This document shows, piece after piece, positions 8,714 to 17,975 of a stretch of DNA of 64,000 nt (positions are counted from its first letter, which is position 1; the number at the start of each line of letters is the position of its first letter). Both the position numbers and the translations under genes were made by a program. Under the pieces are notes generated by a model. That model did not search any database. It worked only from the letters and a program-made list of their open reading frames with translations, and was not told the origin of the DNA. The DNA lies in the NCBI GenBank assembly GCA_963723965.1, contig CAVRSV010000012.1, positions 547,544-611,543 of the forward strand, in the 5' to 3' direction. Source of the stretch: an uncultured Acidobacteriota bacterium. GTDB taxonomy: Bacteria; Acidobacteriota; UBA6911; RPQK01; JAPXNP01.

Positions 8714-9204
8714 ACATTCAGTCCTCGATCGTTGAGATACGTTGCCACATCGTCGAGGAAATCACGAACCAATTCAGCTGCCACCCGGGATCCCAGAGCC
8801 AAATCGCCAGCCGAGGAGAGGTGGTCATAATCGCAGGTGTTTCGATCTTCCCGCAGGATCGCGAGTTGGTTTATGTACCTGGATCGACTCGGAAAGTCGT
8901 TAGGAAGGTTCTCGAATTTCTGATGGTCTTTGACGTCTGTGGAATACTCTCCGTTGACATAGAGACGTAGGGCTCGCGCAGCATTGTATCCGGCGTAGTA
9001 CAACCGTGAAACTTTCTGTCTCCAGTTCGGAGCCGACTGTCGCGCGGCGAATCGGTAATGGGTGCGCGCTAGAACCATGAGAGCACGAGTATTGCCCTCT
9101 ATCTCCGATTCGATGAGGCCCAGAGCCGTAGCATCCAAGAGGCCAGACAGGTTGTCCTTCACTTTGCGGGGGTTTCCAAGATTTAGCAAGTGAGGAGTCT
9201 TCAT
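8710..9204 (-). CDS. Small (164 aa) hypothetical protein with HEPN-like R-x6-H motif, first gene of the island operon
   Basis: Candidate HEPN signature LAILREDRNTCDYDH (R-X6-H) sits in a helical ~160 aa protein. The stop TGA overlaps the ATG of the ATPase. The HEPN assignment rests on this motif alone and is tentative. Confidence 0.4.
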   Translation of the reverse strand: MKTPHLLNLGNPRKVKDNLSGLLDATALGLIESEIEGNTRALMVLARTHYRFAARQSAPNWRQKVSRLYYAGYNAARALRLYVNGEYSTDVKDHQKFENLPNDFPSRSRYINQLAILREDRNTCDYDHLSSAGDLALGSRVAAELVRDFLDDVATYLNDRGLNV

Positions 9205-9383
9205 CCCACTTCCATCTATCCGCGATTGGTTTCCTGGCGATTGAAGGCCTCAACCTCCCCAGTGTCGCGCGCCCAACTTCTGATCAAGTGGTTTCCAGAT
9301 AGTGCCACCACCTCGTGCTGCTCCTGATAACGGGTTGCGGGTGATTCCTCATGTGCGTTCTATCATCAGGCATCTGGATTCGC

Positions 9384-9502
9384 CAACCATCGCATCCCGT
9401 GCCAGATGCTCCATGGAGAATTATAGGGTGCGGGCTGACAAAAGAGGGGAAATTCTCTGGTCATTGAGTCGGATCTTCCTCCGTGTGTCGGGTCTACGGG
9501 AA
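9384..9502. repeat. Copy R1 of the ~120 bp island-flanking repeat
   Basis: See copy L. R1 lies ~180 bp upstream of the HEPN-like gene start (minus strand). Confidence 0.55.
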
Positions 9503-9778
9503 GATGCAGGCCGCTGGATCCCGCCGCAGTGGTCGAGGCAGCGCCTTTCGGACGCACATGGCGTGGCGACTCGCTGGCGCTCGCGTTCTGATGGCCTGCC
9601 CGAACCACCGCGCAGACAGAACGTGAGCGCCACCGAGCGTCACTCCCCGACCTCACGACAGGCTCACCTGGTCCACTGCGGCAAGGCCGGGGCGCATCTC
9701 CCCTTCTCAGTCGCGGTACCCGAAAATCTCGCACTCCCGCGTCCCGTTCTCCCTCCCTCCGTCCCGCTGCCCCGCTCG

Positions 9779-9900
9779 ACGACCATCGCGTCCCGTGGAG
9801 AATTCTGTTGGTAGATTATAGTGTGCGGCCTGATTGAATGGGCAAGTTTCTCCGGTCGTGACGGAGGATTCTCATCAACTTGTCGGGCCTTCCCGCGGCA
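9779..9900. repeat. Copy R2 (more diverged) of the island-flanking repeat
   Basis: The sequence gaccatcgcgtcccgtggagaattctgttggtagattatagtgtgcggcctga...gtttctccggtc...ttgtcgggcct aligns to R1 with gaps. It is followed by the CTCCCGTTCTCC motif. Confidence 0.45.
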
Positions 9901-10172
9901 GAATTGCGCCCACTCTCCTGCCGGCATCTTGTTCTCCCGTTCTCCCGCGTCCCTCACTCGCGCTCTGATTCCCAACCCGGCTCGCACCCCTTGTTCCTCT
10001 ACGCAGTTCAGCGCTTTACTTACTCGTTTCTGCCGAAGTAGACTCCTGTTGGCCAAAAGCCGATGTCTGTCCAACTGCCGCGATCGCCATGGACCGAGGC
10101 CCGGGCCGGGAATCGCGCCACTGGGGTATTTTCGCCGACCGCAGGGTCGGCACTGAACGAAGCGAGGTCCCG

Positions 10173-11249
10173 ATGAACATGAGGTCTCTCGTGACTCTCA
10201 CCTGCCTCACCTGCCTCACCTGCCTGGCCGCCGCCCCGGGCGGAGCGCCCCAGGGCAGCCCCGACGCCTCCGGATCCACCGCAGCGATCTACGTCGACTG
10301 CCGGTCAGGGGCGGACACCAACCCTGGCACCAGGGAGTCCCCTGTCCAGACCGTGGCCAGAGCCGCCGCGATCCTTCGCAGCCCGGACAACGCGATCTAC
10401 GTCATGCGGCTGAATCCAGGCATCCACGTCCTGCCACGACACGTGGAGCTCGCGACAGAGAAGAACATGGCCGGAAAGCGAATCGTGGTCGAGGCCTCCG
10501 TGCTGCCCGATGACTCCAAGTGGACGCCCGAATCCATGCCGATCGTGATCAGCAGCGCCGAGCTCGGCGACCTGGCGGCCGATTCGCCCAGCCTCGTCGT
10601 CGGGTTTCTGGTCAACGAGAGCCACGTGACGATCCGCGGCATCAAGTTCCACGGCTACCCGCGCCCCAACTCACGCTATTTCCCCATCGGTCGCTTCAAT
10701 GTGGCCAAGACCGATCTCCGTGTCGAGCAGTGCCTGTTCCTCGGAGACCCGAATGCCGCCCACCTTCAGGTCGGTGTCATCGGCCACGGCGACGGAATCC
10801 AGGTCGACCACTGTGTCTTCTACAACGTGAGGAACGCCGTCGTGTTCTGGCAAAGCAATCGCCCAAAGAGCGGCAACTCCCTCACCCACTGCATCATCTC
10901 GGGTGCTCGGCAGAGCGCGGTGTGGACGGCGTGGCCGGACCAGGACTTCACGTTCAAGAACAACATCGTGACCGGATGCAAATTCGTGTGGATCAAGAAC
11001 GGGGACAACACGTCCGAGTATTCGATCGAGGACAGCGTCGTCGTCGGCAACGAGTTCGAAATGGGCGTCTCCCGTAACGACACGGTGGCCCCCGAGGCAT
11101 TCGGGCTCCGTGAGAGCGGTGTCGTCAAGTCGGGGAAGGTCGCGCTGCGCCTGGTCGACCAGCTCGATCAGCCTCTGCCGCACGACTACCTGCAGGTCTT
11201 GCCCGGCTCCGCCGGCTACGAGATGGACGCCGGCCTCTTCAAGAAATGA
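10173..11249 (+). CDS. Secreted right-handed parallel beta-helix (pectate-lyase-fold) repeat protein
   Basis: ATG at 10173 gives MNMRSLVTLTCLTCLTCLAAAPGG, a signal peptide encoded by a cacctgcct x3 repeat. The body has repeated beta-helix rungs (IRGIKFHGY, VDHCVFYNV, NNIVTGCKFVW, SVVVGNEF). The last ~90 bp of this gene are duplicated as a remnant at 4085-4171. Confidence 0.6.
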   Translation: MNMRSLVTLTCLTCLTCLAAAPGGAPQGSPDASGSTAAIYVDCRSGADTNPGTRESPVQTVARAAAILRSPDNAIYVMRLNPGIHVLPRHVELATEKNMAGKRIVVEASVLPDDSKWTPESMPIVISSAELGDLAADSPSLVVGFLVNESHVTIRGIKFHGYPRPNSRYFPIGRFNVAKTDLRVEQCLFLGDPNAAHLQVGVIGHGDGIQVDHCVFYNVRNAVVFWQSNRPKSGNSLTHCIISGARQSAVWTAWPDQDFTFKNNIVTGCKFVWIKNGDNTSEYSIEDSVVVGNEFEMGVSRNDTVAPEAFGLRESGVVKSGKVALRLVDQLDQPLPHDYLQVLPGSAGYEMDAGLFKK

Positions 11250-11398
11250 CGGGATCGCCCGCTCCCCTGTCGACATGCCTGCCCTGGGGCGCGAATCCCG
11301 AATCCACGATTCCGAACCTCGAATGTCCGTGAAAGCGGTCGGCACGGCGCCCTTCGTTCGCCTGCGCCACGGGCCGGCCGGACTCCAGATACAGACCC

Positions 11399-11427
11399 AA
11401 AAAGGCCCGGCAGATGCCAGGCCTTTT
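11399..11427. terminator. Bidirectional intrinsic terminator hairpin flanked by A5/T5 runs
   Basis: The sequence aaaaaggcccggcaGATgccaggcctttttgg has a 10-bp stem (1 mismatch) and a 3-nt loop, with A-run and T-run flanks. It sits between the beta-helix gene (+) and tRNA-Leu (-). Confidence 0.6.
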
Positions 11428-11444
11428 TGGGTTCTCGAACTAAT

Positions 11445-11532
11445 TGGTGCCGGAGGCGGGATTTGAACCCGCACACCCTTTCGGGCGCCACCCCCTCAAG
11501 ATGGTGTGTCTGCCAAGTTCCACCACTCCGGC
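11445..11532 (-). tRNA. tRNA-Leu (anticodon GAG), 88 nt with long variable arm and encoded CCA
   Basis: The reverse-complement is GCCGGAG-TG-GTGG-AACTTGGCAGA-CAC-A-CCATC-TTGAGGG-GGTGG-CGCCCGAAAGGGTGT-GCGGG-TTCAAAT-CCCGC-CTCCGGC-A-CCA. It has a 7-bp acceptor stem, a GTTCAAATC T-loop, and an anticodon loop TT-GAG-GG with a 5-bp stem (one G.U). Confidence 0.8.
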
Positions 11533-11541
11533 ACACAAGGC

Positions 11542-11967
11542 CTACTGGCCGGAACCGCCGCCCTGGGGAGGATTCGCCTGCTGCGATCCGCCGCCCGATG
11601 CCGGCGGCTGAGCCGGGGTCTGGGCCGGCGCTTGAGCCGGTGCCTCAGTCGGCGGCTGAGCCGGCGTCGACGGCTGTTCGGCCGGCGTCGTCTGCTGGGT
11701 CGCGGCCGGCGCCTGCTCCATGATGCTCGATTCTTCCGTGCGTGAATAGAAGATCGCCAGCCCCAGCGAAGTCACCATGAACACGACTGCTGCAGCTGCC
11801 GTCGCCTTGGTCAGAACGGTCGTCGCACTGCGCACCCCGAAGGCGGTCTGGCTCGACGTTCCGCCAAAGGCGGACGCGAGGTCGCCGGCCTTGCCGGACT
11901 GCAACAGCACGACCAGGATCAGCACCAGAGCCGAAAGCACATGCAGGATCGTCAACACAATGAACAT
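11542..11967 (-). CDS. secG: Preprotein translocase subunit SecG
   Basis: The N-terminus is MFIVLTILHVLSALVLILVVLLQSGKAGDLASAFGG. This is the SecG signature (LLQ.GKG..L...FGG), followed by a second TM helix and a Pro/Ala/Gln-rich tail. secG followed by tRNA-Leu mirrors E. coli secG-leuU. Confidence 0.8.
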   Translation of the reverse strand: MFIVLTILHVLSALVLILVVLLQSGKAGDLASAFGGTSSQTAFGVRSATTVLTKATAAAAVVFMVTSLGLAIFYSRTEESSIMEQAPAATQQTTPAEQPSTPAQPPTEAPAQAPAQTPAQPPASGGGSQQANPPQGGGSGQ

Positions 11968-11971
11968 GTTT

Positions 11972-12724
11972 CTAATACTTCACGATTTGCGCAAAGGACT
12001 CGGCATCCAGACTTGCTCCGCCGACCAGTGCGCCGTCAATATCGGGTTGTGCCATCAGTTCCGCGATGTTGCCCGGCTTGACGCTTCCACCATAGAGGAT
12101 GCGCAACCCTTCGGCGAGCGCCTCCGAATAGGTGTCCCGAAGCCAGCCGCGAATCATGGCGTGAACTTCTTCGGCGACTTCGGGAGTCGCCGTACGACCA
12201 GTACCGATTGCCCACACTGGTTCGTAAGCGATGATGATACGAGATACCTCATCCTCTGTCAATTCAGCGAGACCGCGCCGCAACTGGCCCAGAATCACGT
12301 CTTCGACCCGGTCGGCCTCGCGCTGGTCGAGCGTTTCGCCGACGCAGAGGATGGGTGTCAGAGAGGTCCCGAGAACCTTGGACAGCTTGCGACCAATCGA
12401 CTCGTCGTCCTCCAGGAAATACTGCCGGCGTTCCGAGTGTCCGAGGATCACGTATTGACAACTGCAGTCCTGCAGCATGCCGACCGAGATCTCTCCCGTG
12501 TAAGCGCCTTCGTCTTCCCAGTGCACGTTTTGCGCACCCAGCTGGATCGTCGAACCCTCCAGCGCCTTCGCCGCGGCCGCCAGGCCGGTGAAGGTGGGGC
12601 AAACCACCACCTCCACCGCCTGATGACCGTCTACCTTCTGGCGAAGCCCCTGGATGGTACGGACCACCTCGGACTGGGTCTTGTACATCTTCCAGTTTCC
12701 AGCAATCACAGGCTTCCGCGCCAT
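11972..12724 (-). CDS. tpiA: Triose-phosphate isomerase
   Basis: The product begins MARKPVIAGNWKMYKT (IAGNWKM motif) and contains the active-site region AYEPVWAIGTG. It is 250 aa. Confidence 0.9.
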   Translation of the reverse strand: MARKPVIAGNWKMYKTQSEVVRTIQGLRQKVDGHQAVEVVVCPTFTGLAAAAKALEGSTIQLGAQNVHWEDEGAYTGEISVGMLQDCSCQYVILGHSERRQYFLEDDESIGRKLSKVLGTSLTPILCVGETLDQREADRVEDVILGQLRRGLAELTEDEVSRIIIAYEPVWAIGTGRTATPEVAEEVHAMIRGWLRDTYSEALAEGLRILYGGSVKPGNIAELMAQPDIDGALVGGASLDAESFAQIVKY

Positions 12725-12734
12725 TACTCCACCT

Positions 12735-13934
12735 TTACTTGTCGGTCAGGACCGCGATACCGGGAAGCTGCTTGCCCGAGAGGAACTCGAGCGAAGCACC
12801 CCCACCCGTTGAGATGTGCGAGATCTTGTCGGCGACGCCCGCCTTCTTGACGGCCGAGACAGAGTCGCCGCCGCCCACGAGGCTGTACGCGCCGCTGGCC
12901 GCCACGGCTTCGGCGATGCCCAGGGTCCCCTTGGCAAACTGCTCGATTTCGAACACGCCGAGGGGTCCGTTCCAGATCACGGTCCGGGCTCCCACGAGCT
13001 TGGACTTGAACTCCGCAATGGTCCGGGGACCAATGTCCAGGCCCATCCAGTCTCCGGGAATCGCATCCGCGCCGACGACGCGGGATTCCACTCCGACTTC
13101 GAGGCGAGGCGCCGCGACAATGTCGACGGGAAGAGCGAAATCGACGCCTTTCCTGCGGGCCTCGTCGAGAAAGCTCTGAGCCACATCCAGCTTGTCCGCT
13201 TCGAGCAGGGACTTGCCGATCTCGCGACCCTGGGCCTTGAAAAAGGTGAACGCCATTCCGCCGCCCAGCAGAATCCGATCCGCCAGCTTGAGGAAATTCT
13301 CGATCACCTCGATCTTGTCGGAGACTTTGGCGCCGCCGAAGATCGCCACCACCGGCTTCTCGGCCCCGAACAGAACGCGCGAGAGCGCTTCCAGTTCTCG
13401 GTCGATCAGCAGCCCCGCCGCGCCCTTCCCCAGCACCTGCGGAACTCCGACGGTGGAGGCATGGGCCCGGTGAGCCGTGCCGAAAGCGTCATTGACGTAC
13501 TCGTCGGCCAGGCTCGCGAGCTTCCCGGCGAACTCGGGGTCATTCTTGGTCTCGCCGTTGTAGAAGCGGACATTCTCGAGGACCAGGACCTGTCCCCGCC
13601 CGAGTGCGTCGACCGCCGCGGAGACCTTGTCTCCGACGCAGTCGTCCACGAAGCCCACCTCCTCTCCGAGGAGCTGCCCGAGACGACGGGCTACCGGCGC
13701 CAGCGAGAACTCCGGCTTTCGTTCACCCTTGGGCCGGCCCAGATGGGACGCCAGGATGACTCGGCCCCCCTTCTCCTTGACCAGCCGGATGGTGGGCAGA
13801 GCGGCCTGGATCCGAGTGTCGTCTCCCACTTCGCCGTCACTGACGGGAACGTTGAAGTCGACCCGGATGAAGACCCGCTTGCCGTCGAGATCCAGATCGC
13901 GCACCGACTTCTTGGGTCTCATTTTCTCAACCAT
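12735..13934 (-). CDS. pgk: Phosphoglycerate kinase
   Basis: The 399 aa product has the N-terminal substrate motif RVDFNVP, as well as GGGASLEFLSGKQLPG (GGGAS.E.L.GK). Confidence 0.9.
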   Translation of the reverse strand: MVEKMRPKKSVRDLDLDGKRVFIRVDFNVPVSDGEVGDDTRIQAALPTIRLVKEKGGRVILASHLGRPKGERKPEFSLAPVARRLGQLLGEEVGFVDDCVGDKVSAAVDALGRGQVLVLENVRFYNGETKNDPEFAGKLASLADEYVNDAFGTAHRAHASTVGVPQVLGKGAAGLLIDRELEALSRVLFGAEKPVVAIFGGAKVSDKIEVIENFLKLADRILLGGGMAFTFFKAQGREIGKSLLEADKLDVAQSFLDEARRKGVDFALPVDIVAAPRLEVGVESRVVGADAIPGDWMGLDIGPRTIAEFKSKLVGARTVIWNGPLGVFEIEQFAKGTLGIAEAVAASGAYSLVGGGDSVSAVKKAGVADKISHISTGGGASLEFLSGKQLPGIAVLTDK

Positions 13935-13938
13935 GACA

Positions 13939-15267
<1,329 letters not shown>

Positions 15268-15276
<9 letters not shown>

Positions 15277-16200
15277 GTAAAGGTCTCGTCCGTCGGGTTG
15301 GGTTCGGAAGCGTCGGTGTCCCCAGAGCCAGCAGTGCGGGAACTCCCGAATCACCGCCTCGATGAAACCGTTGAACCGGGTCGTATTGTGGATCACGTCC
15401 TGTTCGCGGGAGCCGGTCGACTCGGCATGCAGCGGAGGATAGAAGCGCATCCGATATCGACCTCGAGATTCGGCGGGAACGAGAAAGGCGGGAACGACGG
15501 GGGCACCGGTCTTCATCGACAACAGCGCGACCGAACTCGTGGTGCAAGCCGGTATGCCGAACAAGGGAGCATAGACTCCGTCCTTCTCCTGAACGTTTTG
15601 ATCGACCAGCAGGCCGACGGCTTCGCCCCGATGGAGCTCGCGCAGCATCTCCCGCAGCGAGCCCTGCTTGGGGATCACACGGTTTCCGAAACGGGTCCGG
15701 ATCCGGGTCATCCAGCCGTCGAGGTAGGGGTTGTCGAGGGGCCGGACCACGAAGCTCAGCGGGCGTTCCCTCAGTGCGTGGGCCTGCGGAAGGAGTTCCC
15801 AACTGCTGATATGGGCCGTCAGGAAGAGCACGCCCCGGCCCTCATCCCGCGCAAGCCGATAGTTCTCGACGCCGCGGCCCGGTTCGTAGTTGACCCGGCG
15901 ATGGATGTCGTCCCCCGAGACTCGGGTCAGCCGGCTCAGTTCGGCGACGTGGCCCGCGATCTGCGCGTAACTTCGTTCGAGAACCTTCGTCCGCCACTCG
16001 TCGGACTTCTCGGGAAAAGCCAGGCGGAGGTTGGTCATGCCGATGCGGCGATGGCGGACATCACGCCGGTAGACGAGTCGGCCGAGCATTTGGCAGATGG
16101 TGGTGGACAGTCCGAGGGGCAACAACGAGAGCGATCCCAGGACCCCACGGGCCGCCAGGTACCAAAGCAGGTCGGGTGATTCGCGTCGGGTGTCCGTCAC
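15268..16200 (-). CDS. Lysophospholipid acyltransferase family (LpxL/HtrB-like lipid A late acyltransferase fold)
   Basis: The product has an N-terminal TM segment LLWYLAARGVLGSLSLLPLGL, an HX4D/E box (LTAHISSWELL) and a C-terminus typical of LPLAT_LABLAT-like proteins. The true start is unresolved; the annotated ORF start at 16440 adds an Arg-rich artefact. Confidence 0.5.
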
Positions 16201-16226
16201 CGGTGGCCCAGCCTCTTTCGATGCCC

Positions 16227-17252
16227 TCACACTCGCCGAAACAGCAGCAGAGAAAAGACCCGGCCGGCATCGGCGTACTCTCCGACGAGATCGACGCCGA
16301 AAGCGGTGATCTGTTCGGCGAGACGGCGAGACTCGAACTTGCGGCTCACCTCGACGAGTATCGGATCCCCTTCCTCCCAGCACAGGGTCCGGCCGATGGA
16401 GCGAAACCGGGCACAACCGGGCCGGAGGGCCCGGACCCACATCTCCATCTGCTGCCAGGACTCGTTGAAAACCGGCGCATATTCGAAATCGGCGGGATCG
16501 AAATCGCCGTCGACCAGGGCGTTGATGCAGTTGAAAACGTTGAGAATGAAGGCTCGAGTGATGCCCGCAGGATCGTTATAGGCCCGTTCGATGAGCCCCC
16601 GCTCCTTCAGTCCGTCCACCCCCAGCAGGAAGAGGTCGTCCGGTCCCAGCGCGCTGGTGACGGACGACAGGAACTGCACCAGCTCCGTCCGGGGAAAGTT
16701 CCCCAGGCTGCTGCCCAGAAAGAGGACCAGCTTGGGCAGGGCCGGATCCAGATCAGGCAGCGCGTCTTCGAGGGCCCCGTGCAGCCCCAGGAACCGGAGA
16801 TCCGGATAATCCCGCCGGAGTGCATCGCGGGATGCCTGCAGGGCGCTCCGGCTCACGTCGATGGGTACGAACGTTCCTCCCTCTCCGCCGCCCAGCATGG
16901 CCTCAATGAGATGACGCGTCTTGACCGAGGAGCCGGCCCCGATTTCGACCAGGTAGCGGACCTCGAACCTGCGCATGATCCCATCCGCGTTCTCCCGCAG
17001 GATCGTGTTTTCGGTGCGCGTCAGATAGTACTCGGGCAGCGCGCTGATGCGCTCGAACAATTCGGAACCGCGTTCATCGTAGAGGAAGCGAGCTTCGAGC
17101 CAGCGGGGCTGATCCGTCAAGGTGCGGAAAATGCGCTCGGCCAACACCTCCTCGCGCGCCGGGGGCCGGGACCAGATCCCATCCTCGACGAAAGTCCAGT
17201 TCCGACAGGCTTCTTCCTTCAGCACACTGCAGACGCTGCGAACGTCCTCCAC
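16227..17252 (-). CDS. EgtD-like SAM-dependent N-methyltransferase (histidine N-alpha-methyltransferase family)
   Basis: Motifs FLYDERGSELFERISALPEYYLTRTENTIL, LVEIGAGSSVKTRHL, FLGSSLGNF and RAYNDPAGITRAFILNV align across the whole length with mycobacterial EgtD. Confidence 0.7.
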   Translation of the reverse strand: MEDVRSVCSVLKEEACRNWTFVEDGIWSRPPAREEVLAERIFRTLTDQPRWLEARFLYDERGSELFERISALPEYYLTRTENTILRENADGIMRRFEVRYLVEIGAGSSVKTRHLIEAMLGGGEGGTFVPIDVSRSALQASRDALRRDYPDLRFLGLHGALEDALPDLDPALPKLVLFLGSSLGNFPRTELVQFLSSVTSALGPDDLFLLGVDGLKERGLIERAYNDPAGITRAFILNVFNCINALVDGDFDPADFEYAPVFNESWQQMEMWVRALRPGCARFRSIGRTLCWEEGDPILVEVSRKFESRRLAEQITAFGVDLVGEYADAGRVFSLLLFRRV

Positions 17253-17253
17253 T

Positions 17254-17709
17254 TCACACCTCCGTCGCTGGCGGCTCGGTGACGGGACCCCCGAATGTGC
17301 CGGGTTTCAGAAACCGGCGGTATGCCTCGGGCAAGGCCTTCGGCCGACCGTCGTCTCCGGTGAAGAGGTGGCGGGTAAAGCCACTGGCGACCAGGCGTCC
17401 CTGCCCGTCGAGCACCTGATAGTCGAAGGTCACGGCCCGGCTCCGGAATTCCGTCACCCGGGTTCGCACCACGAAACCGTCATCATAGCTCAGAGAGCGA
17501 TGGTACCTGCAGACGGTCTCGATAACGGGGAGAAAGGTCCGGGTCTCCCTTTCCAGCTCGGCATAGCTGAATCCTCGCGCCTTGCAGAAGCTGGTCCGCG
17601 CAACCTCGAACCAGACGAAGTAATTGGCATAGTAGGCCCGGCCCATCTGGTCGGTCTCAGCGTAGCGCACGCAGAGGGGGACGTCGACATAGTCGCAGCC
17701 ATGCATCAT
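17254..17709 (-). CDS. Acyl-CoA thioesterase, hotdog fold (YbgC/4HBT family)
   Basis: The 151 aa product has the sequence YVDVPLCVRYAETDQMGRAYYANYFVWFEVAR typical of 4HBT thioesterases. The stop is 2 nt from the egtD-like start. Confidence 0.65.
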   Translation of the reverse strand: MMHGCDYVDVPLCVRYAETDQMGRAYYANYFVWFEVARTSFCKARGFSYAELERETRTFLPVIETVCRYHRSLSYDDGFVVRTRVTEFRSRAVTFDYQVLDGQGRLVASGFTRHLFTGDDGRPKALPEAYRRFLKPGTFGGPVTEPPATEV

Positions 17710-17924
17710 CGGTGATGGTAGCGGATCGGGAAGAGCGATGAAAGCCGGAGGTCCGGTTCGCAGCCGAACCCTGGGGAGCCGGACAAGAGCGCGAACATCG
17801 CGACTTCAACCTGGGTCATAGTCCGGTGTGGGATCATCGGTCTTTCATGCTCTGCTCGAACCGGCCGAGACACCCGCGCGGGGGGCTGGAAGCCTGGAGC
17901 ACTCTCGCGGCCAGAGGCCGCGCT

Positions 17925-17944
17925 CGAAACCCGAAACCCGAAAC
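17925..17944 (+). promoter_or_regulatory. CGAAACC x3 tandem heptamer ~30 bp upstream of the radical-SAM gene start
   Basis: The sequence is cgaaacccgaaacccgaaac. The same heptamer (x2) occurs on the coding-strand side ~200 bp upstream of the dapA-like gene (55091-55108, reverse orientation). Confidence 0.4.
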
Positions 17945-17975
17945 TGCTATCGTGGGTGAGCGAAGGCTGTCTACC

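Noticed and set aside
8710-9204. Calling the 164 aa protein a confirmed HEPN RNase or toxin
   Set aside because: The only evidence is one R-x6-H motif in a helical protein. Without profile-level support this stays a hypothesis, so it is annotated as a hypothetical with HEPN-like motif.
6950-9300. Interpreting the island as a transposon (TniB-like ATPase) or integrative element
   Set aside because: No transposase, integrase, recombinase or terminal inverted repeats were seen. The flanking repeats are direct and only about 65-70% identical. It is kept as an alternative in the finding, but not called a mobile element.
10191-10230. cacctgcct x3 tandem repeat as a regulatory element
   Set aside because: It lies inside the coding region and simply encodes the LTCLTCLTCL stretch of the signal peptide. 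It is noted only as slippage-prone coding sequence.
10671-11474. A 267 aa minus-strand ORF inside the beta-helix gene
   Set aside because: It is antisense to a gene with clear signal peptide and beta-helix repeats. It has no start context.
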